Source: Candidatus Woesearchaeota archaeon
GTDB lineage: Archaea; Nanobdellota; Nanobdellia; Woesearchaeales; GCA-2686295
NCBI GenBank assembly: GCA_016784125.1
Contig: JADHVI010000003.1
Span: 7,241-71,240 of the forward strand
DNA length: 64,000 nt
Direction of reading: 5' to 3'
Positions 34,180 through 43,994 of this stretch are shown here, piece after piece. Position numbers and translations under genes: made by a program. How positions within the stretch are numbered: position 1 is the stretch's first letter; every line of letters starts with the position of its first letter. The notes below the pieces were generated by a model. It was not told the origin of the DNA. It searched no databases and saw only the letters and a program-made list of their open reading frames with translations.

Positions 34180-35244
34180 TTAAGCCAAATAAGTTCCTAA
34201 TGCTTTCTTGAATTCTTCTATCATTCGAACTTCTGAAGGATCTATCTTGTATCTTAAAGCTAAGTAGTATGATGTCCAATCCCCCATGCTAATTGCTGAG
34301 AACATTTTTGTTAGAAATGATTCTCCTTTAATACCAATTTCTGTTACGTCTATTCCTGCTCGCTTGTAGACTTCTTTTGTAACTTCCATTCTTTTAGCTA
34401 CGCGATGTGGATCCAAATCAGTTCTAATAATTATGCAATACATTTCTCCAATAGGATTTTCGACGCATTCTATCTCGTTATGGTTCAACTCTGAAAATAC
34501 ATTGCTAAGAGCCATTATCTTGGTGTTCTCATTGAATTGAGTTTTCCATCTATATGCGACTGGCGAAAACAATTCTGACGAATAAATTAATGGTGTTTTA
34601 CCAACTAATTTTTCCGAAAGGTTTATGCCTGTATCTGAGAATATTTTTTTATCCAAACTCTTAACTAAATGTTCGACTTCTCTTTTTTGGCTACCAATGA
34701 TTCTTAATTTTTCCATTAATTTGAGCATTGGAAAGAATGAATATCCAATCGCTGCTCTTGGTTGTATATCACGAGGAATTTTGATTACTGCGGTTCTATT
34801 CAAAACAGACATCTCTGAAAGCTTTCCGCCAGAAGTAATCGTTACTATTTTACAGGATTTTCTAATCGCATCTTTATATGCAGAAACTGTCTCTTCAGTA
34901 TTACCAGAATAACTACTGATAACAACCAATGTGTTCTTATCGCAGTGCTCTGGCAACTTATAGTTTCTATTAACAATAACTGGTATCTTTGCAAATTCAT
35001 GCAAGTATACTTTTAGTAAATCTCCTGCTATTGCGCTTCCACCCATACCGGAAACAACTACTTTTTGAATTTCGCCTTCAATGTTAACATCAACATTTAG
35101 GTTGTATGCTAATTTGATCTGATTTGCAAATCCTTGTAGTAAACTCTTCATATCTGCTTTATCAAAAGAATAATAATCATCTGGGAATTTTAGTTCTTCA
35201 TCCTCAACGTCTATTTGTTCATCTTTGACCATTATAACCACCAT
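34180..35244 (-). CDS. bifunctional phosphoglucose/phosphomannose isomerase
   Basis: GMGGSAIAG, SYSGNTEET, QFNENTK, ELNHNE. Confidence 0.92.
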   Translation of the reverse strand: MVVIMVKDEQIDVEDEELKFPDDYYSFDKADMKSLLQGFANQIKLAYNLNVDVNIEGEIQKVVVSGMGGSAIAGDLLKVYLHEFAKIPVIVNRNYKLPEHCDKNTLVVISSYSGNTEETVSAYKDAIRKSCKIVTITSGGKLSEMSVLNRTAVIKIPRDIQPRAAIGYSFFPMLKLMEKLRIIGSQKREVEHLVKSLDKKIFSDTGINLSEKLVGKTPLIYSSELFSPVAYRWKTQFNENTKIMALSNVFSELNHNEIECVENPIGEMYCIIIRTDLDPHRVAKRMEVTKEVYKRAGIDVTEIGIKGESFLTKMFSAISMGDWTSYYLALRYKIDPSEVRMIEEFKKALGTYLA

Positions 35245-35286
35245 TATTTTATAATGCTGTGTTATTTATATAATTTATGAATGATG

Positions 35287-35940
35287 CTATTGATAAGAAG
35301 GTTGTTCTGATGTTCTATCTATCATTAATTTTGTTTTTGCATCAGGGGTGACTATCATTGTAAAATCTCGATTCCTAATTTCTTGAGCCAGTTCTTGAAC
35401 ATTGGACACCCTGTTAAAAAATCCTGTGGAATAACCCCCTACAGTTCTTTCATCGCGAGCATCTGATCCTGCAATCAACTTAATGCCTTGTTTCGTAGCC
35501 AGTGTAACTGTATCTAAATTGTTAATAGCGGAAGCTTTTAGATTGACTTCTAAAGCGTGGATGCTTGGAATCCTTTTTTCACTATTTCTCGCATATACTC
35601 CTGGCCGAGTAAATGGGTGTGCTGCTACAATAGCCCAGTTTAATCTTTCAGCTAATGCTCCAATTTCTGCAAATGGTAAGTTCGGTCTTGGTATATATTT
35701 ATCCGATTCTATTCCATATATCAAAATGTGTCCTAGATCGGACGTGTACTCAACACCTCTCATTATTAATAAATCAGAGTTTTTGTACTGTTCCCATCTA
35801 GCACTGGCGTCATAAGAATTATGTTCTACGATTACAATTCCGTCAAGCCCATTTGCCAAAGCAGCTTCAATTATTTTATTTGGATCTGCTTGTCCATGGC
35901 TGTTGTGCAATGAATGCACGTGTGGATCGATATTTTGCAT
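35287..35940 (-). CDS. PHP domain metallo-hydrolase
   Basis: DPHVHS, VEHN, GVEY, GH, AHP, AGSDA. Confidence 0.85.
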   Translation of the reverse strand: MQNIDPHVHSLHNSHGQADPNKIIEAALANGLDGIVIVEHNSYDASARWEQYKNSDLLIMRGVEYTSDLGHILIYGIESDKYIPRPNLPFAEIGALAERLNWAIVAAHPFTRPGVYARNSEKRIPSIHALEVNLKASAINNLDTVTLATKQGIKLIAGSDARDERTVGGYSTGFFNRVSNVQELAQEIRNRDFTMIVTPDAKTKLMIDRTSEQPSYQ

Positions 35941-35989
35941 TTTGAACTGGGAGATTAACTTTTTATATAAATCTTATCTCTGTATTTAT

Positions 35990-37246
35990 ATGGAGAAGAT
36001 TTTTATCAAGACTTATGGGTGTACGCATAACCAATCTGATTCAGAGTTTATGGCTGGTTTGCTAGAGCAGGAAGGCTTCAAACTAGTTGATGATGAAGCA
36101 AGCTCAGACCTCATAATTATTAATACTTGTACTGTGAAGGATCCTTCTGAGAAAAAATTTTTCTTTGAATTAGAGAACATTAAAAAACCCGTAGTTGTAG
36201 CAGGTTGTATTCCACAGTCTGACCAGAACAATCCAAAACTCCAAAACTATTCTTTAGTTGGTGTAAAACAGATAGAACGAATTGCTGAAGTTGTAAAACA
36301 AACATTACAAGGCAATAAAGTACGGTTTCTAAATCAATCAAACGATCAAAGTTTAAACTTGCCAAGAATAAGAAAAAATTCTCTCATTGAGATTATCCCA
36401 ATCTCTTCAGGTTGCTTAGGCCAGTGTACATTTTGCAAAACTAAATTTGCTCGTGGTTCATTAGTTTCATTCAAGGAAGAAGCAATCATTAAACAGGCAA
36501 GAGCTGCTTTAAATGAGGGTGTCAAAGAGATATGGTTGACGTCTGAAGACACAGGTGCTTATGGCTTAGATATCAAAACTACTTTGCCCCATCTACTAAA
36601 AGAATTGCTCAAAATAAACAAGGATTACAAAGTGAGACTTGGTATGATAAACCCTGAGTATGTAATAGAATACGTCGATGAACTGGTCGAAATATACCAA
36701 TACAAAAAAATGTTCAAATTTATACACATCCCTGTTCAGTCAGGTAATGACCGCATCCTAAAACTTATGAAGCGTCCTTACACAATCAAAGATTTCAGAA
36801 AAGTAGTACATCATATGACAAAACTCATACCCACTCTTACAATTTCGACAGATATAATTTGTGGTTTTCCAACAGAAACTGAAGAGGAATTTCAAGATAC
36901 TATGAATTTAGTCAAAGAAATGAAATTCCCTGTGTTGAACATATCTAAGTTCTATCCTCGACCTAGAACTCTGGCTGCGAAGATGATTCCTTTGGATACA
37001 ATGATTAAGAAAGCTCGTTCTAAAAAACTAACTAATTTGAACAAAACTCATATCTCGAACGCAGAATGGATTGGTTGGGAGGGAGAAATAATTGTGGATG
37101 ATGTGGGTAATGAAGACTCTTTTTTAGGGAGAACTAATTCTTACCGTCAAATAGTTGTACGAGGGAAAAACCTCTTTGGGAAACATCTTAAAGTTAGAGT
37201 TGTGGATATATGTAGGGATTACTTTGTAGGATCTAAAATTGAATAA
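35990..37246 (+). CDS. mtaB: tRNA t6A37 methylthiotransferase (archaeal MtaB/CDKAL1 type)
   Basis: KTYGCTHNQSDSE, NTCTVK, GCLGQCTFC, TRAM domain. Confidence 0.9.
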   Translation: MEKIFIKTYGCTHNQSDSEFMAGLLEQEGFKLVDDEASSDLIIINTCTVKDPSEKKFFFELENIKKPVVVAGCIPQSDQNNPKLQNYSLVGVKQIERIAEVVKQTLQGNKVRFLNQSNDQSLNLPRIRKNSLIEIIPISSGCLGQCTFCKTKFARGSLVSFKEEAIIKQARAALNEGVKEIWLTSEDTGAYGLDIKTTLPHLLKELLKINKDYKVRLGMINPEYVIEYVDELVEIYQYKKMFKFIHIPVQSGNDRILKLMKRPYTIKDFRKVVHHMTKLIPTLTISTDIICGFPTETEEEFQDTMNLVKEMKFPVLNISKFYPRPRTLAAKMIPLDTMIKKARSKKLTNLNKTHISNAEWIGWEGEIIVDDVGNEDSFLGRTNSYRQIVVRGKNLFGKHLKVRVVDICRDYFVGSKIE

Positions 37247-37258
37247 ATTCACACACCC

Positions 37259-37284
37259 TCATACTCCTCATACTTCATCATACT
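37259..37284 (+). promoter_or_regulatory. three direct TCATACT repeats upstream of TATA box
   Basis: copies at 37259, 37268, 37278; TTTAAATA at 37298-37305. Confidence 0.5.
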
Positions 37285-37327
37285 AACAACCGTAAAATTT
37301 AAATATGACCAACTATTCTAGACCCTT

Positions 37328-38164
37328 ATGAAAGAAAGAGTTACACTAACTTTAGAGAGAAATGTTCTAGAAAAAATAGATAAAAGTGTGGATGGTGGTA
37401 AAGTGAAAAACAGAAGTCACGCAGTTGAAATGCTACTAAGAAAAGCTATTGGTGTAGACAAGCCAACTAAGGCATTTATATTGGCGGGTGGCAAAGGAAA
37501 AAGACTAAGATTTCTAAGCAAGGACACACCAAAACCTCTGATGAAAATTAAAGGCAAACCAATCATACAGTATAATATAGAGCTCTTCAAGAAGCATGGT
37601 ATCAGAGACATCATAATATCAGTAGGTTACAAAGCAGACCTAATCAAAAAAGAACTCGGAGATGGAAGAAAATTTGGAGTCAACTTAACTTATGTCGAAG
37701 AAAAAAATGCTTTGGGAACAGCAGGTCCACTTAAATTGGCCAGACCATTTCTAAAAGAAACATTCATTATGTGCAATGCAGATGAACTTAAAAATATAGA
37801 CTTAGATGACATGTTCAACTTCCACCAAGCAAACAAAGGATTAGGAACAATCGCATTAACATCTGTACAAGACCCAAGTGCTTACGGAGTAGCATTATTA
37901 AATGGAAATAAGATTATGACTTTTGTCGAGAAACCATCAAAAGAAAATGCTCCATCAAACTTGATAAATGCTGGATTATACATCCTAGAACCAGATGTCA
38001 TTGACTGTATTCCAGATGGATTTGCAATGTTGGAAACGGATGTATTCCCAAAACTAGCATCAGAAGAAAACCTTTATGGTTATCCATTTAGCGGACAATG
38101 GTTCGATACCGGAACACCGGAAAGATTCAAATTCGCAGAAGATAAATGGAGAGGATTTATTTAG
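37328..38164 (+). CDS. ribbon-helix-helix fused sugar-phosphate nucleotidyltransferase
   Basis: N-terminal KERVTLTL...NRSHAVE RHH; LAGGKGKRL, PKPL, LGTAG, EKP, WFDTGT. Confidence 0.88.
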   Translation: MKERVTLTLERNVLEKIDKSVDGGKVKNRSHAVEMLLRKAIGVDKPTKAFILAGGKGKRLRFLSKDTPKPLMKIKGKPIIQYNIELFKKHGIRDIIISVGYKADLIKKELGDGRKFGVNLTYVEEKNALGTAGPLKLARPFLKETFIMCNADELKNIDLDDMFNFHQANKGLGTIALTSVQDPSAYGVALLNGNKIMTFVEKPSKENAPSNLINAGLYILEPDVIDCIPDGFAMLETDVFPKLASEENLYGYPFSGQWFDTGTPERFKFAEDKWRGFI

Positions 38165-39517
38165 ATGAGTATATTTAAAACCTATGATATAAGGGGTATA
38201 TATCCTGATCAATTGGATGAAGAATTAATATATAAAATAGGAAAATCATTTGTTCAAATTCTAAAAGAAGAAACCTTAAAAGAAAAACTAACAATAGTTA
38301 TAGGAAGAGATATGAGGTTATCTTCACCTTCTTTATCAAAAAAGCTTATAGAAGGAATAATTGATACCGGATCTGATGTAATAGATATAGGATTAGTATC
38401 AACACCAACATTCTATTATTCAATTGGAAAATTCAAAGCTGATGGTGGATTACAAGTTTCAGCTTCACATAATCCTAAAGAATACAATGGTGTCAAAGCA
38501 GTAAGAGCTAACGCTTATCCAATGGGTTTAAGCAATGGTTTAGATAAGGTTAGAGATTTATGTACAAAAAATGAGTTCGAAAAAGTAGAACAGAAGGGAC
38601 AAGTAATTAATAAAGAAAATGTTGTTAATTCTATTGTTGATTATTCTTTAAAATATTATAATTTTAATATTAAACCATTAAAAGTTGTTGCGGATGTTGC
38701 AAATGCAATGAGCTCACCTGATCTAGATAATCTGTTTGAACAACTACCTTGCGAATTAATTAAAATGAATTTTGAATTAGATGGAACTTTTCCAGTTCAC
38801 CAAGCAGACCCTTTTCAAGAAAAAAATATTGTGGATATAAAAAGAAAAGTTATTGAAGAAGGGGCAGATTTAGGTATAGCAACTGATGGAGATGGTGATA
38901 GAATATTCTTTATTGATGACAAAGGAGAACTAGTTGAGCCAGGAATTATTAGAGGAATTATTGCTAAAGTTGTTTTGCAACACAATCCTGGATCAAAAAT
39001 TTGTTATGATATTAGGCCTGGAAGAATTACAAAAGATATGATTATTGAGAATGGTGGTATTCCTATTGTTACAAAAGTTGGTCATTCATTGATTAAAATA
39101 CAAGCAATAAAAGAAAAAGCCCCTTTCTCAGGTGAATCATCAGGGCACTTTTTTATGAAAACAAATAATGGATTTTTTGAATGCCCTTTGATTATTGCTT
39201 TGATAATAATGGACGAAATATCTAAAAATGGTAAACTGTCTGAAATCATAAAACCTTTACAGAGATATTCTCATTCAGGTGAAATTAATTCTATAGTTGA
39301 AGATAAAGAAGAAAAAATGAAAGAGCTTGAAAAAGTGTTTGGAGATGGGTCTAAAGTTTCATGGTTGGATGGAATATCAATAGAACATGATGATTACTGG
39401 TTCAATGTCAGAGCTTCAAATACTGAACCTCTTCTAAGATTAAATTTGGAAGCAACTTCCAAAGAGAAAATGGAAGAGATGACTAAGAAAGTTGTTGAAA
39501 TAATAAGAAAAATCTAA
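38165..39517 (+). CDS. phosphomannomutase/phosphoglucomutase
   Basis: YDIRG, SASHNP, DGDGDR, GESSGH, RASNTEP. Confidence 0.95.
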   Translation: MSIFKTYDIRGIYPDQLDEELIYKIGKSFVQILKEETLKEKLTIVIGRDMRLSSPSLSKKLIEGIIDTGSDVIDIGLVSTPTFYYSIGKFKADGGLQVSASHNPKEYNGVKAVRANAYPMGLSNGLDKVRDLCTKNEFEKVEQKGQVINKENVVNSIVDYSLKYYNFNIKPLKVVADVANAMSSPDLDNLFEQLPCELIKMNFELDGTFPVHQADPFQEKNIVDIKRKVIEEGADLGIATDGDGDRIFFIDDKGELVEPGIIRGIIAKVVLQHNPGSKICYDIRPGRITKDMIIENGGIPIVTKVGHSLIKIQAIKEKAPFSGESSGHFFMKTNNGFFECPLIIALIIMDEISKNGKLSEIIKPLQRYSHSGEINSIVEDKEEKMKELEKVFGDGSKVSWLDGISIEHDDYWFNVRASNTEPLLRLNLEATSKEKMEEMTKKVVEIIRKI

Positions 39518-39520
39518 TAA

Positions 39521-40984
39521 CTAGCTATTCCACTTATGCTTATTTCTAAACAAATGCTTTTTCTTCAAGAATTTTTCAACTTCAGGAATATCTTCAACAG
39601 TGCCCATGTCTAACCAGTAATCTTGAATCTTGCTGATCTTAACCATTTTCTTACCACCAAGCTTTGTAATGGCATCGATTAATTCGTACTCGCCCCGTTC
39701 AGACTTATTGATTACTTTCAAAACCTTAAATATTTCAGGAGTGAATTTATACAACGAAGTATTAACTAAGTTTCCAATTAACTTCTTAGGTTTCTCTTTA
39801 ATTCTGACAAGATAATCCTTGTCTTGGAACATAACTCCATATTTGCCAGGGTGTTTGTCAACTCTTCCAACAACATGGCAATAACCATCATTCTTTCGCA
39901 AAACCTCTAAATCGCCAGGAGAATACAAATTATCACCTGCAACAACAACGAAGTTCTCCCGTTCAATATAGTCATGTAACAAGCTAACAGCATGGCCAGT
40001 GCCCAGTAATCTTTTTTGTTCAATGAGCTTAACATCCTTAAAACCATACTTTTTCAAGAACTCTTTAATCTTGGCCTGCTTATAACCAACAATTAAAAAG
40101 ATTTCTTTGTAACCTGCTTTCTGAATATTGGTTAATAGATACCAAAGAAAAGGTTTATCATTAACCTTAACGAGAACCTTAGGAATATTCTTAGTCAAAG
40201 GCATCATATTAGTTCCTTTACCAGCTGCTAAAACGAAAATCTTGTTAATCTTTCCCTTTTCAGGAACAAGTATTTCACATAACTGAGAAACTCTCTTAAA
40301 TTCAAAATCAGGAGTCTCATCATCATTTATTGGTTGAAGATGAGCATATTCTCCATGTTGAATTAAGGATGTGAAGCAACCAATATTATTGGCTGGAGCG
40401 ATATCACTGTCACGCCTATTGCCAACCATCATAGTCTCATCAGCTTGCAAGTGATGATCCTTCAAAATCTGTTTCAAAAGATTCTTTTTATCAGCACCAT
40501 AATCAACACTCTTATAATAAATCCTGTCAAAATATTTCTCCAAACCTAAAGCTTTGATTTTCATCTCCTGAGATTTTCGAATACCAACAGTTAACATGAA
40601 CAATTTGTAACGCTTCCTAAGTTTATCAAGAGAAAATTCGACATCAGGAAAAGGTGTGATTTCAGGTTTTTTTAGCATAAAATAATTATAGTAAGAATAA
40701 TAGCCTGCGTGGATAATGCTTTTACGCTTTTGCTCATTCTTAATGTCAAAAAAATCAACAATTTTGATGTACAACTCTTTCTCAGTATGCTTCTGTTTAA
40801 ACAATTCATTACTCTTACTCAAAAGCTTATTGAAAGGAACATCTAAACCGGCCTCAATCATCTGCTTCATAGCAAAACGTCTAGCAGGTTTGACAAGTTG
40901 TTCATAACAATCATATAAAGTATCATCTAAATCAAAAATCACTGCTTTCAAATCAGACAATAACAAGATCTTCTTACGCTTCAT
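39521..40984 (-). CDS. HAD phosphatase fused to sugar-phosphate nucleotidyltransferase
   Basis: FDLDDTL at N-terminus; LAAGKGT...PKVL...LGTGHA...EKP...SERGEYEL C-terminal domain. Confidence 0.88.
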   Translation of the reverse strand: MKRKKILLLSDLKAVIFDLDDTLYDCYEQLVKPARRFAMKQMIEAGLDVPFNKLLSKSNELFKQKHTEKELYIKIVDFFDIKNEQKRKSIIHAGYYSYYNYFMLKKPEITPFPDVEFSLDKLRKRYKLFMLTVGIRKSQEMKIKALGLEKYFDRIYYKSVDYGADKKNLLKQILKDHHLQADETMMVGNRRDSDIAPANNIGCFTSLIQHGEYAHLQPINDDETPDFEFKRVSQLCEILVPEKGKINKIFVLAAGKGTNMMPLTKNIPKVLVKVNDKPFLWYLLTNIQKAGYKEIFLIVGYKQAKIKEFLKKYGFKDVKLIEQKRLLGTGHAVSLLHDYIERENFVVVAGDNLYSPGDLEVLRKNDGYCHVVGRVDKHPGKYGVMFQDKDYLVRIKEKPKKLIGNLVNTSLYKFTPEIFKVLKVINKSERGEYELIDAITKLGGKKMVKISKIQDYWLDMGTVEDIPEVEKFLKKKHLFRNKHKWNS

Positions 40985-41969
40985 TAATAACTAACCCCTT
41001 TTTCACTATCTGAAAATCAATCACATCTGATTCTTTAGATAAAGCATTACTAACATCTTCCTTCTTATTTTTTTCAACAAAGAAAACAACGCAGCCACCG
41101 CCACCTGCACCACAAACTTTAGCAGAAATAGCACCATTCTTCTTAGCTAACGCAATTAAAGATTCAATCTTATCAGTGGAAACAGAGTCAGCCAACAGCT
41201 TTCGATTTTCCCACTCCTCACCCAATATTAAACCAATATCATCAAACCGTTTATCAAACAAAACGTCTTTCATTTTATGAGCAGTAGCAACAATACGTGC
41301 GAATTTTTCATGAACTCCATCTTTGCCTTCAATTTCGTTTTTAATCATTTCCCAATTGCTCATGCCAGAGTTTCTAGGCTTGCCAGTATAACAAAGAACT
41401 AACCTATCTTCAAGCTCCTTAATATCAACATCAATTGTCTCATGAGAAATCTTATTCATTCCAAGATAAACAATGTTTACACCGCCATATAATGCGGGTA
41501 CATAATCTTGGTAACCAGTCAACATTTTCAAAAACTTTCCTTCAATGTTCTTAGCAATCTCGTGCAACTCATCCATGGAAAAACCTTTTTTTGTAAGTCT
41601 ATTCAAAGCACCACAAACAGCTATATTCAAAGCAGACGAACTAGACAAACCCGCACCCGGAGGAGCACTTCCTTTGACCTCTAATCTGAAACCCTGTTTA
41701 GGCTGGAAGAACTCAATAATCATCGAGAACAAAGATAAATAATGATTATGATGTAAATTATTGAATGAATCAAAAGAAACCTCTTCATCACTAATGTTGG
41801 ACGCGAGAATAATTTTGTTATCCTCTCTTGTAGAAAGCTTAGCCTTAGCCAAAAGATTAATTGCAAAGTTAACTGTGAGTGCATCTTTATGAAATAGATA
41901 CAAAGGCCAAATATCAACCGTTCCGCCAGCTAAATCAACTCTGGTAGGTGCTGAGCTTTCAATAATCAT
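40974..41969 (-). CDS. GHMP sugar kinase (HddA-like)
   Basis: APTRVDLAGGTVD, PPGAGLSSSSA, GYQD, KVCGAGGGG. Confidence 0.88.
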   Translation of the reverse strand: MIIESSAPTRVDLAGGTVDIWPLYLFHKDALTVNFAINLLAKAKLSTREDNKIILASNISDEEVSFDSFNNLHHNHYLSLFSMIIEFFQPKQGFRLEVKGSAPPGAGLSSSSALNIAVCGALNRLTKKGFSMDELHEIAKNIEGKFLKMLTGYQDYVPALYGGVNIVYLGMNKISHETIDVDIKELEDRLVLCYTGKPRNSGMSNWEMIKNEIEGKDGVHEKFARIVATAHKMKDVLFDKRFDDIGLILGEEWENRKLLADSVSTDKIESLIALAKKNGAISAKVCGAGGGGCVVFFVEKNKKEDVSNALSKESDVIDFQIVKKGLVINEA

Positions 41970-42134
41970 TTTACCAAAGTTTATAGTTTATTCTTTATAA
42001 ATTTTTATCCTCTATAGAAAAATGAGTTTTCCAAAACATTTATAAATTTACGAGCAATTCTTGAAGATGAAAGAGAAAGAAAAGGAGCTAGACTCATATC
42101 GAAGATCGAGTTCGATGTTCTCTAAAAACAAAAA

Positions 42135-42479
42135 ATGGTTAAGTTAAAACCTATACTACCAACACTAAAAGAAAAAAAACGATATCTCGTATATGAAGTG
42201 TTGAGCGAAAGGAAGATAGAACTAGACTTATCAAGGGAAATAGTTAAAAAGACAACTACACTCTTAGGAATATTTGATTCTGCAAAAGCAGGAATCCAGA
42301 GTGTGGAGTACGATAAAAAACATCAGAGGGGTGTATTAAGAGTGACTGTAAAAGAAGTGGATAAGTTGAAAACGACTCTGGCATTGATAAACCAGTTAAA
42401 CGACGAAGAAATAACCATTCGCACACTAGGTGTGAGTGGGATATTGAAGAAAGCAAAGAATAAATACATCGCAGGATGA
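42135..42479 (+). CDS. rnp2: RNase P protein Pop5/Rpp14
   Basis: LPTLKEKKRYL...TLGVSGILKKA; first gene of proteasome/exosome superoperon. Confidence 0.92.
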   Translation: MVKLKPILPTLKEKKRYLVYEVLSERKIELDLSREIVKKTTTLLGIFDSAKAGIQSVEYDKKHQRGVLRVTVKEVDKLKTTLALINQLNDEEITIRTLGVSGILKKAKNKYIAG

Positions 42480-42480
42480 G

Positions 42481-43206
42481 GTGAAAAACATGGAACCAAT
42501 GCAACATCAAATGATGGGATATGACCGAGCAATAACAATGTTCAGTCCAGACGGAAGACTATTACAAGTAGAATACGCAAAGAAAACAGTTAAACTAGGA
42601 AACACAGCAATCGGAATGGTTTGCTCAGATGGAGTTCTACTAGTGGCTGACAAAAGAATTGTTGACAAACTAGTAGTACTAGATGCAATTGAAAAAATAT
42701 TTCAGATTGATGATCACATAATTGCAACTGCATCAGGAATCATATCAGATGCAAGAGTACTAGTAGAAAGATCACAATTAAAAGCACAACAACACAATGT
42801 GACATACGACTCGCCAATAGATGTACTATCAATTGTGAAAGACATCTGTAATCTAAAACAGATTTGTACACAATCAGGCGGATTAAGACCATTCGGAGTA
42901 TCATTATTAGTAGCAGGAATGGAAGATGACACACCAGTGTTGTTTGAAACAGATCCAACAGGCATATTCAACCAATACATGGCAACAGCCATTGGAGAGG
43001 GAGAAACAGAAGTAAAAGATATACTCTACAAGGAGTACAAGGAAAAAATAACAGTCGATGAAGGACTGAAGATATGTATAAAAGCACTAAAGAAAGTGCT
43101 AAACGATGATTTCAGCGAAAAAAGAATAGACGCATCAGTCGTCAGAAAAGGAAAAAATGTAATGGAGAAAATACCAGCTGAAAACATTAGAAAGTATTTG
43201 AAATAA
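42481..43206 (+). CDS. psmA: proteasome alpha subunit
   Basis: GYDRAITMFSPDGRLLQVEYA, RPFGVSLL. Confidence 0.97.
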   Translation: MKNMEPMQHQMMGYDRAITMFSPDGRLLQVEYAKKTVKLGNTAIGMVCSDGVLLVADKRIVDKLVVLDAIEKIFQIDDHIIATASGIISDARVLVERSQLKAQQHNVTYDSPIDVLSIVKDICNLKQICTQSGGLRPFGVSLLVAGMEDDTPVLFETDPTGIFNQYMATAIGEGETEVKDILYKEYKEKITVDEGLKICIKALKKVLNDDFSEKRIDASVVRKGKNVMEKIPAENIRKYLK

Positions 43207-43262
43207 AATGAGTAAACAACAAAAATCAAAGATTTTTGGGCTTACTAATTTGGAGAAATAAA

Positions 43263-43988
43263 ATGAGTAAGGGACAACAATTATTCGATTATCAGAAAAT
43301 ATCGATAAACATGGCTAAGCTGAAAACGCATGGTCAAAGTTTTGAAATAGTTGTAGACCCAGATCTCGCAATAGACTTCAAAAACGGAAAAGAAATAGAA
43401 ATTAGAGATGTGTTAAAAGCAGAGGAAATATTCTCAGATGCAAATAAGGGATTACACGCAGCAGAGATAGAATTGCAAAGAGTATTCCAGACAAAGGATC
43501 CGTTACAAGTGGCGGACAAGATTCTAAGAGACGGAGAGATACAACTTACAGCAGAATACAGAGAAAAAGTGAGAGCAGAGAAAAAACAAAGAATTCTTGA
43601 CATAATCCACCGAAACGGAATAGATCCTAAAAGCAAATTGCCACATCCATTGCAAAGATTAGAAAATGCCTTTGATCAGGCAAATATACATATCGACGAA
43701 TTCAAAAGAGCAGAAGATCAGGTAAATGATATAGTAAAGAAACTTATGCCAATCCTGCCGATAAGATTCGCAAAAAAAGAAATACAGATAACCATACCTG
43801 CTGAACATGCAACCAAATTATATGGGCGAATAAGCAAGTATGGAGATATAAAAAAAGAGCAATGGATGAATGATGGTTCTTGGTTTGCAGTAGTAGAAAT
43901 ACCTGCAGGCCTTCAAAACGAATTCTTCGATGAATTAAACAAAGAAACACATGGCAATATAGACACTAAGATTCTAAGTGAAAGGTGA
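43263..43988 (+). CDS. sbdS: ribosome maturation factor SBDS/Sdo1
   Basis: FEIVVDPD, IFSDANKG, GEIQLTAEYR, PHPLQR. Confidence 0.95.
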   Translation: MSKGQQLFDYQKISINMAKLKTHGQSFEIVVDPDLAIDFKNGKEIEIRDVLKAEEIFSDANKGLHAAEIELQRVFQTKDPLQVADKILRDGEIQLTAEYREKVRAEKKQRILDIIHRNGIDPKSKLPHPLQRLENAFDQANIHIDEFKRAEDQVNDIVKKLMPILPIRFAKKEIQITIPAEHATKLYGRISKYGDIKKEQWMNDGSWFAVVEIPAGLQNEFFDELNKETHGNIDTKILSER

Positions 43989-43994
43989 AATAAA

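Noticed and set aside
42067-42147. 26-aa uORF (MKEKEKELDSYRRSSSMFSKNKKWLS) overlapping the pop5 start
   Set aside because: TATA spacing is plausible but there is no motif, codon enrichment or duplication to support function
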